DNA of 64,000 bases. Origin: an uncultured Coriobacteriia bacterium (GTDB taxonomy: Bacteria > Actinomycetota > Coriobacteriia > Coriobacteriales > QAMH01). A program made the position numbers and the translations under genes. Under the pieces are notes generated by a model that was not told the DNA's origin, did no database searches, and saw only the letters and a program-made list of their open reading frames with translations. The DNA lies in NCBI GenBank assembly GCA_902475535.1, contig CABRZR010000001.1:92677-156676 (forward strand), read 5' to 3'. Shown one piece after another: positions 49,605-57,587 of this stretch. How positions within the stretch are numbered: position 1 is the first letter of the stretch; each line of letters opens with the position of its first letter.

Positions 49605-51806
49605 ATGGAATTGTACGCGACCTGCGGCACGGGCCTTGAGACGATTCTCGGCCAGGAGTTGCGCAGCCTTGGAATGGACGAGGTTCGCCCCCTCACGGGC
49701 GGCGTCGCGTTCTCGGCAGATCTTGAACAGGCCTATACCGCCCTGCTGTGGTCGCGTGTCGCGAGTCGTATCTTGCTGGTGCTCGAACGCGTCGAGGCAA
49801 CAGACTCCGATAGCCTCTATGCGGGCGTGCGTGACGTTGCCTGGGAGGATGTCGTTGCCCCCGGCGCGACGATTGCCGTGAATGCCCGTGGCACCAACGA
49901 CCAGCTGCGTGACACGCGCTATACAGCGCTGCGCGTGAAGGATGCCGTCTGCGACCGCTTGCGCGATGAACGCGGTGAGCGTCCCGATGTCGACGCGCAA
50001 CATCCCGACCTGCTCATTCAGGTAAACCTCCACGCCAAGCGAGCGACTGTCTACATCGATCTCTCAGGCACCTCGCTTGAGAATCGTGGGTATCGCGATG
50101 CCATGCGGAGCAGCTCGCCCTTCGTACACGAAACGCTCGCTGCCGCCATGCTTCTCGCGGCGGATTGGCCCGCGCGTGCAAAGCGTGGCGAAACACTTGT
50201 TGATAGCATGTGTGCCGCGGGCACCCTCATTATCGAAGCAGCTTTGATAGCGGGTGATGTGGCACCGGGAATCACGCGTTCTACCTGGGGATTCTCGGGA
50301 TGGTGTGGCCATGACGAAGAGTTGTGGCAGGTCATCCTCGACGCTGCTGACGCACGTGCCCAGGCAGGGGCGCGTAAGGCTGTGATATACGCGACAGACG
50401 CCCACGAGCGCGAGATAGCATGTGCACGGGCCCGAGCCAAGGCTGCGGCTATCGCTTCGCTCATCGAGTTTCTACCGGACCGAGATGCGCTCGCCAACGC
50501 CATCATGCATCGTGCCGACGCCTGGGGCCTGTTCGCGAGCTGCCTCTTCGTCAGCACGGAGTGCCTCGAGGCGACCCTGCCCGCGCGCTACGCGCAGCTC
50601 GCCGGCGAATTGCTTGACACCAAGCCGCTTGAGGCGGCCGTCATGCTCGTGGAGAGCCAAGATGCCGACGCCTATCTAGGCATGGAACGCACGCGGGGCT
50701 ATAGCTGCATGAACGGTTCCGCTCCCTGCGACATCGCGCTCTTCGACCTGCGCGGTGACGCATCCCGTGCTGCACAGGTGAGCGTGCGTGATAGGCAGCT
50801 CGCCGTCTACGACGCAAGCGCGCAGCAGTTTGCCGACCGTCTCAACAAGGTCTTCAAGCAGCGCCGCAAATGGGCGAGCAAGAACGGTATTTCGGCTTAC
50901 CGCATCTACGATGCGGATTTGCCCGATTACAACATGGCCATCGACCTCTATGAGGGAGCGGGCAAGGATGTGGGCAGGCGCCTCGTGCACGTCGCCGAGT
51001 ACGTGCCACCCAAGAACATCGATGCGACCAAGGCGGCACGGCGCATGACCGACGCCCTCAATATCGCAAGCGTTGTGTTCGGGGTGCCCGCGGATGACAT
51101 CTTCGTGAAGCGTCGCGTGCGTGCCAAGGGCGGCTCGCAATACGCGCAGCATGACCAAGATATGAGACAGCGTGCCAGGCACGTTGTCATCACGCAGGAG
51201 AATGGCCTGCTCTTCGAGGTCGATCTTGCGAGTTATCTGGATACGGGCCTCTTTCTCGACCATCGTGACACGCGCGAGCTTGTCGGCAAGCTCGCCGCGG
51301 GCAAGAGCTTCCTCAACCTCTTTGCCTACACCTGCACGGCAAGTGTCTATGCCGCTGCGCGTGGGGCGAAGTTCACGACGAGTGTGGACCTCTCGAACAC
51401 CTATCTGCAGTGGGGCGAGCGCAACATGGAGCTCAACGGCCTCATGAACGGCCATCAGGAGTTCGTGCGTGCCGATTGCGTCGAATGGGTCCAGCAAACG
51501 CGTCACACGAAAATGCGCTGGGACCTTGTCTTCGTCGATCCGCCCACCTTCTCGAACTCCGCGAAGATGCGCACGCGTGGTTGGGACGTGCAGCGCGATC
51601 ATGCCGAGCTGCTCATCGGTGTGAGTCGCCTGCTGACCCGTGGCGGTGCTGCGGTGTTCTCGTGTAATCTGCGTGGATTCAAGCTCGATCGCGAGACGAT
51701 CGAGCGTGCGGGCGTGCAGGTCGTTGACATCACCGACAAGACGATACCGTTGGATTTCGAGCGGCATGCCCAGGTCCACCATTGTTTCGTTTTGCGGAGA
51801 ATCTAG
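49605..51806 (+). CDS. rlmL: Bifunctional 23S rRNA methyltransferase RlmKL-like (THUMP plus two MTase domains)
   Basis: The N-terminus is MELYATCGTGLETILGQELRSLG...LLWSRVASRILLVL. The C-terminus, YLDTGLFLDHRDTR...FVDPPTFSNS...VQRDH, is colinear with E. coli RlmL. Confidence 0.85.
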   Translation: MELYATCGTGLETILGQELRSLGMDEVRPLTGGVAFSADLEQAYTALLWSRVASRILLVLERVEATDSDSLYAGVRDVAWEDVVAPGATIAVNARGTNDQLRDTRYTALRVKDAVCDRLRDERGERPDVDAQHPDLLIQVNLHAKRATVYIDLSGTSLENRGYRDAMRSSSPFVHETLAAAMLLAADWPARAKRGETLVDSMCAAGTLIIEAALIAGDVAPGITRSTWGFSGWCGHDEELWQVILDAADARAQAGARKAVIYATDAHEREIACARARAKAAAIASLIEFLPDRDALANAIMHRADAWGLFASCLFVSTECLEATLPARYAQLAGELLDTKPLEAAVMLVESQDADAYLGMERTRGYSCMNGSAPCDIALFDLRGDASRAAQVSVRDRQLAVYDASAQQFADRLNKVFKQRRKWASKNGISAYRIYDADLPDYNMAIDLYEGAGKDVGRRLVHVAEYVPPKNIDATKAARRMTDALNIASVVFGVPADDIFVKRRVRAKGGSQYAQHDQDMRQRARHVVITQENGLLFEVDLASYLDTGLFLDHRDTRELVGKLAAGKSFLNLFAYTCTASVYAAARGAKFTTSVDLSNTYLQWGERNMELNGLMNGHQEFVRADCVEWVQQTRHTKMRWDLVFVDPPTFSNSAKMRTRGWDVQRDHAELLIGVSRLLTRGGAAVFSCNLRGFKLDRETIERAGVQVVDITDKTIPLDFERHAQVHHCFVLRRI
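51163..51191. repeat. Family-A palindrome (slightly degenerate) in frame inside rlmL
   Basis: TGAGACAGCGTGCCAGGCACGTTGTCATCA is translated as MRQRARHVVI. It sits in the linker just before the conserved YLDTGLFLDHR block. Confidence 0.8.
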
Positions 51807-52119
51807 ACCGCGCGATTATCTGCTGCGTGATACACTAGAACCGCTCCTCCCAAGTCTGTGGTTGCGAGCTGGTAAAACAGCTCTAGTCCAAGGCAGATGC
51901 GGTCGAAAGGATCCACGTAAGCGGGCAGGGTTTCCTGCACGTGAGCATGGCGCATCTTAGGGGTAAGACGTACCGTCCGTTATGGTCACATACGGTGGCC
52001 CGGGCGAGAAAATGAGTAGTGAGATAGTATCAGGCAAAAGTTTCTGTATGCGAGTGTGGGGTCAAAAACCAGGTCAGTTGGGAGGAGCACTTTCACTGGC
52101 CCATGAAAAACGGAGCAAG

Positions 52120-53121
52120 ATGTTCGCAAAGCAAATCAAACACAAGACAATAACCTCGATCATCATGGCGCTTGCCGTGTGCATGCTTGCCGTGGTCGGG
52201 CTGTCCGCATGCCAGCTTCAAACCAAGACGCAGGTTGAGAGCAACCTCACGCCCAAGCTGGATGCTTCGGCAACCATCACCGAGGGCGTGCTCACCGTGG
52301 GCATCAACACGAGCAACTCACCGTATGGCGGCACCAATTCGAGCAATCAGACCGTTGGCATTGACGTCGACGTTGCCGCGGCCGTCGCCCAGGAGCTCGG
52401 CTTGCGCATGCAAATCATCGACGTCGGGTCGAGCGGTCGCTTCGCGCTCAGCAACAAGCAGGTCGATGTTGCTCTCGGGCTCACCAAGTCCGGCACGGGC
52501 GACCTCGTTACCTACAGCGATCCATACCTGACGGATGGCCTCTCGCTGTTTTGCCTGAGCACCAACCGTCCCGTTTCCATCGAGGATGTCGCAGCGCAGA
52601 CGGCTGCTGGCACCGCCAAGGTGCTCGTCCAGGCCGAGACCACCGCTGCGAGCAAAATGCAGGAGCTCCTCGGCATCGACAAGATCGTCGCCATGCCCAC
52701 CATGCAGGCGGCATTTGACGCGCTCAACAACGGCGAGCAGAAGTTCCTGGTGACTGACGCAGTCATCGGCGACTACTTTGCGCGCAACTACGAGAGCGTC
52801 ATCCGCATGGGTTTCCTGGGCGCAGATTGCGTCACGCCCATCTACGCCGTGACGCTTACGCAGAACTCCGCGCTTTCGAGCGGCGTTAACACCGCCATCA
52901 AGACGATCAACGAGAACGGCGTCATGCGTGTCATCGCAACCAAGTGGCTTGGTACCGATGGCGATACGCTTCTTGCAGGAAAGACCGATCTGGCGACGCT
53001 GCCGGCCAAGGCATTTGGCATCGGCGTGTCAACAGAACCGGATAATCCCGAGGAACCCAACCCCGATACGCCGGAAACCCCAGGTGAGGAGGATACGGGC
53101 GCACAATCCGGCGACGAGTAG
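52120..53121 (+). CDS. Family-3 extracellular solute-binding lipoprotein (amino-acid ABC type), orphan
   Basis: The lipobox is MALAVCMLAVVGLSAC. The SBP_bac_3 pattern is LTVGINTSNSPYGG...GIDVDVAAAVAQELG...YSDPYL. No permease or ATPase gene is adjacent. It has a Pro/Glu-rich C-terminus. Confidence 0.78.
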   Translation: MFAKQIKHKTITSIIMALAVCMLAVVGLSACQLQTKTQVESNLTPKLDASATITEGVLTVGINTSNSPYGGTNSSNQTVGIDVDVAAAVAQELGLRMQIIDVGSSGRFALSNKQVDVALGLTKSGTGDLVTYSDPYLTDGLSLFCLSTNRPVSIEDVAAQTAAGTAKVLVQAETTAASKMQELLGIDKIVAMPTMQAAFDALNNGEQKFLVTDAVIGDYFARNYESVIRMGFLGADCVTPIYAVTLTQNSALSSGVNTAIKTINENGVMRVIATKWLGTDGDTLLAGKTDLATLPAKAFGIGVSTEPDNPEEPNPDTPETPGEEDTGAQSGDE

Positions 53122-53152
53122 AACGAACAACCCACGATCAAGGAGGTTTACC

Positions 53153-53728
53153 ATGGCTATCACAGTTTCGGGACGAAAGATGAACGTCACTCCCGCTATC
53201 AAGGATTACGTTGACGAGAAGATCGGACGCTCGCTCGAAGTGTTCGACAGCGCTGCCATGGACGCAGAAGTCGTCCTGCGCACCGAGAAGAACCCGGCCA
53301 TTTCACTCAACGCCATTTGCGAGGTCACGGTCAACGCCAAGGGCGCCGTCATCCGCGTGGCCGAGTCCGCCGAGGACATGTACGCTGCCATCGACCTGGC
53401 ATCCGACAAGGTCGCGCGCCAGCTGCGCAAGTACAAGACGAGGATCGTGGAGCGTCGTGGCGGCAGGGGCAGCATCCGTCATCTCCAGCCCGACGAGCTG
53501 GATATCCCCGATGTCATCCCGACCGAGCCGGAGGAAGACGACGACTTGCTCGTGCGCCTGAAGGAAGTCGAGATGGAGCCGATGACCGAGGAGCACGCGC
53601 TTGTCCAGACCGACCTGCTCGGCCATGACTTCTTCGTCTACTTCGACCAGGACGCGCATCAGATCCAGGTCATCTACCATCGCAAGAATGGCGGTTACGG
53701 CATCATCAGGCCGATTATCAATGCCTAG
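53153..53728 (+). CDS. hpf: Ribosome hibernation promoting factor (long HPF)
   Basis: MAITVSGRKMNVTPAIKDYVDEKIGRSLE...MYAAIDLASDKVARQLRKYKTRI is followed by a C-terminal dimerisation domain, HDFFVYFDQDAHQIQVIYHRKNGGYGII. The RBS is AAGGAGG. Confidence 0.9.
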   Translation: MAITVSGRKMNVTPAIKDYVDEKIGRSLEVFDSAAMDAEVVLRTEKNPAISLNAICEVTVNAKGAVIRVAESAEDMYAAIDLASDKVARQLRKYKTRIVERRGGRGSIRHLQPDELDIPDVIPTEPEEDDDLLVRLKEVEMEPMTEEHALVQTDLLGHDFFVYFDQDAHQIQVIYHRKNGGYGIIRPIINA

Positions 53729-53757
53729 GTAATAAGACACGCCATCGTTTTGAGCAA

Positions 53758-53784
53758 GGGGTCGGGCACTGCCCGGCCCCTTTG
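53758..53784 (+). terminator. hpf terminator hairpin
   Basis: GGGGTCGGGCA-C-TGCCCGGCCCC followed by TTTG. Confidence 0.7.
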
Positions 53785-53889
53785 TCGTAGCACATTGGCT
53801 ACTCTGTGCTTTTTGCACATGGTCGTGTTTATCGAAGTGCTAGTATGTGCAGATTATCAACTGTAGTTGGACGAAAGGAACATCAACCC

Positions 53890-54972
53890 ATGGCACGCGT
53901 GTACAATTTTTCCGCCGGTCCGGCGGTTCTCCCCGAGGAGGTCCTGAAGCAAGCGGCGAGCGAGATGCTCGATTACGAGGGCACCGGCATGTCCGTCATG
54001 GAGATGAGCCATCGTTCGGCTGCGTTCACGAAGATCATCACCGAGGCCGAGCAAGACCTGCGTGAGCTGTTGTCCATTCCGGACAACTACAAGGTGCTCT
54101 TCCTGCAGGGTGGTGACTCCCTGCTCTTCGCATCGGTGTTCATGAACCTCGCCACCAACGGCAAGGCCGACTACATCGTCACCGGCGGTTGGTCCAAGAA
54201 GGCATACAAGGAGGCCCAGATCCTCGGTGATCCCAAGCTGTTGGTCAACGGCGAGGGCGACAACTTCTCGTGGATTCCCGACCTCTCCGACCTTGACATT
54301 CGCGATGATGCGTCCTTCGTCTACATTTGCGAGAATGAGACTGTCTATGGCAATCGCATCTACACGCTGCCCAACACCAAGGGTCACGTGCTTGTCTCCG
54401 ATCAGAGCTCCATGTTCCTCTCCGAGCCGGTCGACGTGAGCAAGTACGGCCTCATCCACGCCGGCGTGCAGAAGAACTGCGGCCCGGCTGGTGTGCAGAT
54501 CGTCATCGTGCGCGAGGATCTCATCCCCGACGACCTTCCCGGCGTGCCCACCATGCTGCGTTTCAAGACGCATGCGGACAGCGGCAGCCTCTACAACACG
54601 CCGCCGAGCTACGGCATCTACGTGTGCGGCCTCGTGTTCAAGTGGATCAAGGAGCTGGGCGGCCTCGAGGTCATGAAGGAGCGCAACGAGGCCAAGGCCA
54701 AGCTTCTCTACGACTACCTCGACGCGAGCGATCTTTTCTCGAGCACGGTCAACCCCAAGGACCGCTCCATCATGAACGTGCCGTTCATCACGGGCGACGA
54801 AGATCTCGACAAGAAGTTCATCGCCGAGGCGACTGCCGCTGGCCTGGCCAACATCAAAGGCCATCGCAGCGTGGGCGGCATGCGCGCGAGCATCTACAAC
54901 GCCATGCCCATCGAGGGCGTGCAGGCGCTCGTCGACTTCATGCGCGGGTTCGAGGCGGCCAACAACAAATAA
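53890..54972 (+). CDS. serC: Phosphoserine aminotransferase
   Basis: MARVYNFSAGPAVLPEEVLKQAASEMLDYEGTGMSVMEMSHRS... and GGMRASIYNAMP are present. Confidence 0.95.
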   Translation: MARVYNFSAGPAVLPEEVLKQAASEMLDYEGTGMSVMEMSHRSAAFTKIITEAEQDLRELLSIPDNYKVLFLQGGDSLLFASVFMNLATNGKADYIVTGGWSKKAYKEAQILGDPKLLVNGEGDNFSWIPDLSDLDIRDDASFVYICENETVYGNRIYTLPNTKGHVLVSDQSSMFLSEPVDVSKYGLIHAGVQKNCGPAGVQIVIVREDLIPDDLPGVPTMLRFKTHADSGSLYNTPPSYGIYVCGLVFKWIKELGGLEVMKERNEAKAKLLYDYLDASDLFSSTVNPKDRSIMNVPFITGDEDLDKKFIAEATAAGLANIKGHRSVGGMRASIYNAMPIEGVQALVDFMRGFEAANNK

Positions 54973-55043
54973 CCAGACAAAAGTCGCCGGGGCATGTTTG
55001 TCTGGCTTCGAAAATGAGACAGTTGCTCAGAGCAACTGTCTCA
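54973..55043. repeat. Family-C palindrome followed by a family-B palindrome
   Basis: CCAGACAAAAGTCGCCGGGGCATGTTTGTCTGG (54973-55005) starts directly after the serC stop. TGAGACAGTTGCTCAGAGCAACTGTCTCA follows at 55015-55043. Confidence 0.9.
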
Positions 55044-55210
55044 TTTTTATATGTATCCCCTCCTTTGATGGGACAGGGTTGTTCGCGAACACCTCTTTCG
55101 CAGTTGTGAAGCGGATATGTAGGGAATGTGACGGCTTTTGAGCATATTGCTGGCTTACGCTACAGTTATATCCCGCATGCACGTAAACGAAGCGTAAATG
55201 AGGTTATTTC

Positions 55211-56272
55211 TTGCTGCAACATGCACTCAACCGAGGCATCATCCTCGCGCTTTCATCTTTGTTAGCGCTTGTGGTTTGTCTTGCCAGCGGCGGGTTTGTG
55301 CAGACATCCCTCGCAGATGAAGAAGCTGAGGCTCTCGAAGCGCAAGTCAAGTCCAGTGCCGATGCCTATAACGATGCCATCTCGCGCCAGGAAGAGCTAA
55401 CGGCCGAGATAGCGACACTCGATGCGCGTATAGCGGAGCTCGAAGCCACGCTTCCGGCCCAGCGCGAGCGTTCTGACGAGAGCATACGAGCGCTCTACAA
55501 GTACGAATACGATTCCTCGAGCGTGCTCATGATGCTGCTCGAGTCGACGAGCGTCACCGACATGCTTGCGATTGTCGATTCGTACAACTGGATCATCGAG
55601 TACAACACGACGGAGATTCAAAGCGCCATCCAAATGGAGTCCGAGCTCAAGAATGCTCGAGAGAAGCTTGCAAACGACAAGGCGAACGTCGACAAGGCCG
55701 CTCAGGATGCGCTCGATTCGCTGCAACAAGCCCGCGAGGCCCGCGAGCGCGTGGCGGCCCGAGCCGCCGCTGCCCAGGCCGCCGAGCAACAGGCGAGCCA
55801 GTACATCATCAATTCGGATTCGGCGAGCGCCGACGAGAAACAAGCTGCGAGTGAAGCAAGCAGTGCGGCATCATCGGCCAGTGCTTCGCATGTGGGTTGG
55901 TCGGCGGATAAGTCCGATTTCGTGAGTGACTGGGCGCCACGCATCGATGCGTATCTTTCTGGTTCGCCCATGGCGGGTACGGGCGAGTACTACGCAGCGG
56001 CTGCCTGGGATAACGGCGTTGACCCGCGTTGGGCGCCGGCGATTTCGTACGTGGAGAGCAGCAAAGGCGCTGTCTGCTTCCGTTCGCACAACGCCTGGGG
56101 TTACGGCAGCTATAGCTTTGGCTCATGGGAAGAGGGCATCAACAGGGTTGTCTCCGCACTCGGTGGCTCGCTGTACGGTGGCTATCTCACGCGCGAGGCT
56201 GCTGCTACGTACTGCCCCTCGAACCCCGGGCACTGGTACAACAGCTGTGCCGAGCAAATGGCCCAGATCTAG
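55211..56272 (+). CDS. Secreted coiled-coil protein with a possible lytic-transglycosylase-like C-terminal domain
   Basis: It has a signal or anchor sequence (IILALSSLLALVVCLASGG). A long coiled coil resembles CwlO/PcsB N-termini. The C-terminal WAPAISYVESSKG...AWGYGS resembles an SLT E-S motif. The TTG start is uncertain. Confidence 0.5.
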   Translation: MLQHALNRGIILALSSLLALVVCLASGGFVQTSLADEEAEALEAQVKSSADAYNDAISRQEELTAEIATLDARIAELEATLPAQRERSDESIRALYKYEYDSSSVLMMLLESTSVTDMLAIVDSYNWIIEYNTTEIQSAIQMESELKNAREKLANDKANVDKAAQDALDSLQQAREARERVAARAAAAQAAEQQASQYIINSDSASADEKQAASEASSAASSASASHVGWSADKSDFVSDWAPRIDAYLSGSPMAGTGEYYAAAAWDNGVDPRWAPAISYVESSKGAVCFRSHNAWGYGSYSFGSWEEGINRVVSALGGSLYGGYLTREAAATYCPSNPGHWYNSCAEQMAQI

Positions 56273-56298
56273 CGGGGAAACACATTGTCATTCCGAAA

Positions 56299-56462
56299 TG
56301 AGACAGTTGCTCTGAGCAACTGTCTCATTTTATGCCTCTCGTCATTTCGACCGGAGGCGTGAGGCACCGGAGTGGAGAAATCCGTGATGAGATTTCTCGA
56401 CTACACTTCGTTACGCTCGAAATGACAGATAAGACAAATCCGACCCGGCGGCATCTGTCTCA
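56299..56462. repeat. Composite repeat cluster: family B, an inverted pair of family-E units, family C
   Basis: TGAGACAGTTGCTCTGAGCAACTGTCTCA lies at 56299-56327. CGTCATTTCGACCGGAGG...GGAGAAATCC and its inverse GAGATTTCTCGAC...CTCGAAATGACAG lie at 56335-56428. AAGACAAATCCGACCCGGCGGCATCTGTCTCA lies at 56431-56462. Confidence 0.85.
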
Positions 56463-56492
56463 TCCCGGCGGCATTCGCTTATCATGTAGCCC

Positions 56493-57377
56493 ATGGAAAT
56501 CATCATCACATCTATCGTGCTCATCCTTGTCGGCGTCGGTATCGGCGTGCTTTCCGGGATGCTCGGCATTGGCGGCGGCACCATCATGGTTCCCGTTCTG
56601 CGACTGGGCTATGGGCTTGATGCCTTCATGGCCACGGCGACCTCGCTCTTTGCGATTATCCCGATCTCGCTTGCAGGAGCTATCACGCACATCCGCGCAC
56701 GGAGTTGCTTTCCCAAGCTGGGGCTACTCCTGGGCATTGCCGGTGCGGTTACCTCGTCGGCAGGTGTGTACCTGGGGTCGATATCCCCTTCATGGCTCAT
56801 CATGCTGGCCGCTGCCATCATCATCGTCTACTCCGCCTTCACCATGTTGCGAAAGGCGCTGCGCATGGGAAAGAAGGGGACAGACCCTTCCGTTGCAGGT
56901 GGGCAAAAGGGGACAGACCCCGCAACGCCGACTGGCAATAAGGGGACGGACCTTCACGACGCGCACGAGGCCGAGCAGACGCCCCCCTGCGCATTTGCGT
57001 TCACACGCAAAAACGTCGCGCTCGCGGTGGTGATAGGCCTCATAGCCGGGTTCGCTTCGGGCTATGTGGGCGTGGGCGGCGGCTTCATCATGGTTCCGCT
57101 CATGACGGCATGGCTCGGCATTCCCATGAAGCGCACCTCGGGCACGTCGCTCATCGCCATCATCATCCTCGCCATCCCCGGCGTCATCCAGCAGGCCTTC
57201 CTCGGTCACATCGACTACCTTGCGGGCATCATGCTGTGCGTGGGCGCCATTCCCGGTGCCGTGCTCGGCGCCCGTCTCGTACCGCGGGTACCCGAGCGCA
57301 CGTTGCGCTTCATCTTCGCCGGCCTGCTTGCCGTGGCGGCCGTGATGCTCGTGATAAACGAGTTCAGCCTGCTGTAA
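56493..57377 (+). CDS. TauE/SafE-family anion exporter-like membrane protein
   Basis: MEIIITSIVLILVGVGIGVLSGMLGIGGGTIMVPVL has a duplicated 4-TM half (GYVGVGGGFIMVPLM). The central loop contains a tandem repeat. Confidence 0.8.
   Translation: MEIIITSIVLILVGVGIGVLSGMLGIGGGTIMVPVLRLGYGLDAFMATATSLFAIIPISLAGAITHIRARSCFPKLGLLLGIAGAVTSSAGVYLGSISPSWLIMLAAAIIIVYSAFTMLRKALRMGKKGTDPSVAGGQKGTDPATPTGNKGTDLHDAHEAEQTPPCAFAFTRKNVALAVVIGLIAGFASGYVGVGGGFIMVPLMTAWLGIPMKRTSGTSLIAIIILAIPGVIQQAFLGHIDYLAGIMLCVGAIPGAVLGARLVPRVPERTLRFIFAGLLAVAAVMLVINEFSLL
56874..56972 (+). repeat. Tandem repeat of three 33-bp units in the TauE central loop
   Basis: AAGGGGACAGACCC occurs at 56874 and 56907, and AAGGGGACGGACC at 56940. 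The protein reads KGTDPSVAGGQ / KGTDPATPTGN / KGTDLHDAHEA. Confidence 0.85.
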
Positions 57378-57385
57378 TGGCGAAA

Positions 57386-57525
57386 GAGATTTCTCCACTG
57401 CGCCGCCTATCGGCGGCTCCGGTCGAAATGACAAGGGGAGGGCAATCGGGCTTCAGTCGAGATGACAAGGGCACGCCACGCATCCTTGGTCGAAACTGGG
57501 ACAAATGGCCTGTCCATTTGTCCCA
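57386..57525. repeat. Family-E element (reverse, one and a half units) followed by a family-D palindrome
   Basis: GAGATTTCTCCACTGCGCC...GGTCGAAATGACAAGGGGAGG and CAGTCGAGATGACAAGGGC are followed by TGGGACAAATGGCCTGTCCATTTGTCCCA at 57497-57525. Confidence 0.85.
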
Positions 57526-57587
57526 CACGCTATAATACGTAAATTACGCTATCAAAGCCCAATGACGAGGGAAACGACGATACCGCG

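Noticed and set aside
51880-52090. SRP (4.5S) RNA-like strings CCAAGGCAGATG and ACCAGGTCAG.
   Set aside because: The two strings are about 180 nt apart and in the wrong order. The invariant GGAAGGAAGCAGC domain-IV core is absent. The resemblance is probably chance, and the region is reported only as an unclassified structured element.
55044-55210. A cyclic-di-AMP (ydaO-type) riboswitch upstream of the coiled-coil putative cell-wall hydrolase. I also looked for T-box or guanidine-I motifs in the SBP leader (51807-52119).
   Set aside because: The hallmark blocks are missing or too dispersed. These are the GGGGA/ACCC and GGGUGAAUC-type blocks, the T-box GGGTGGTACCGCG, and the ykkC ACUAGGGUUCCG...GGUCCGAGAG...GCCCGGGAGA. 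Only short chance matches were seen.
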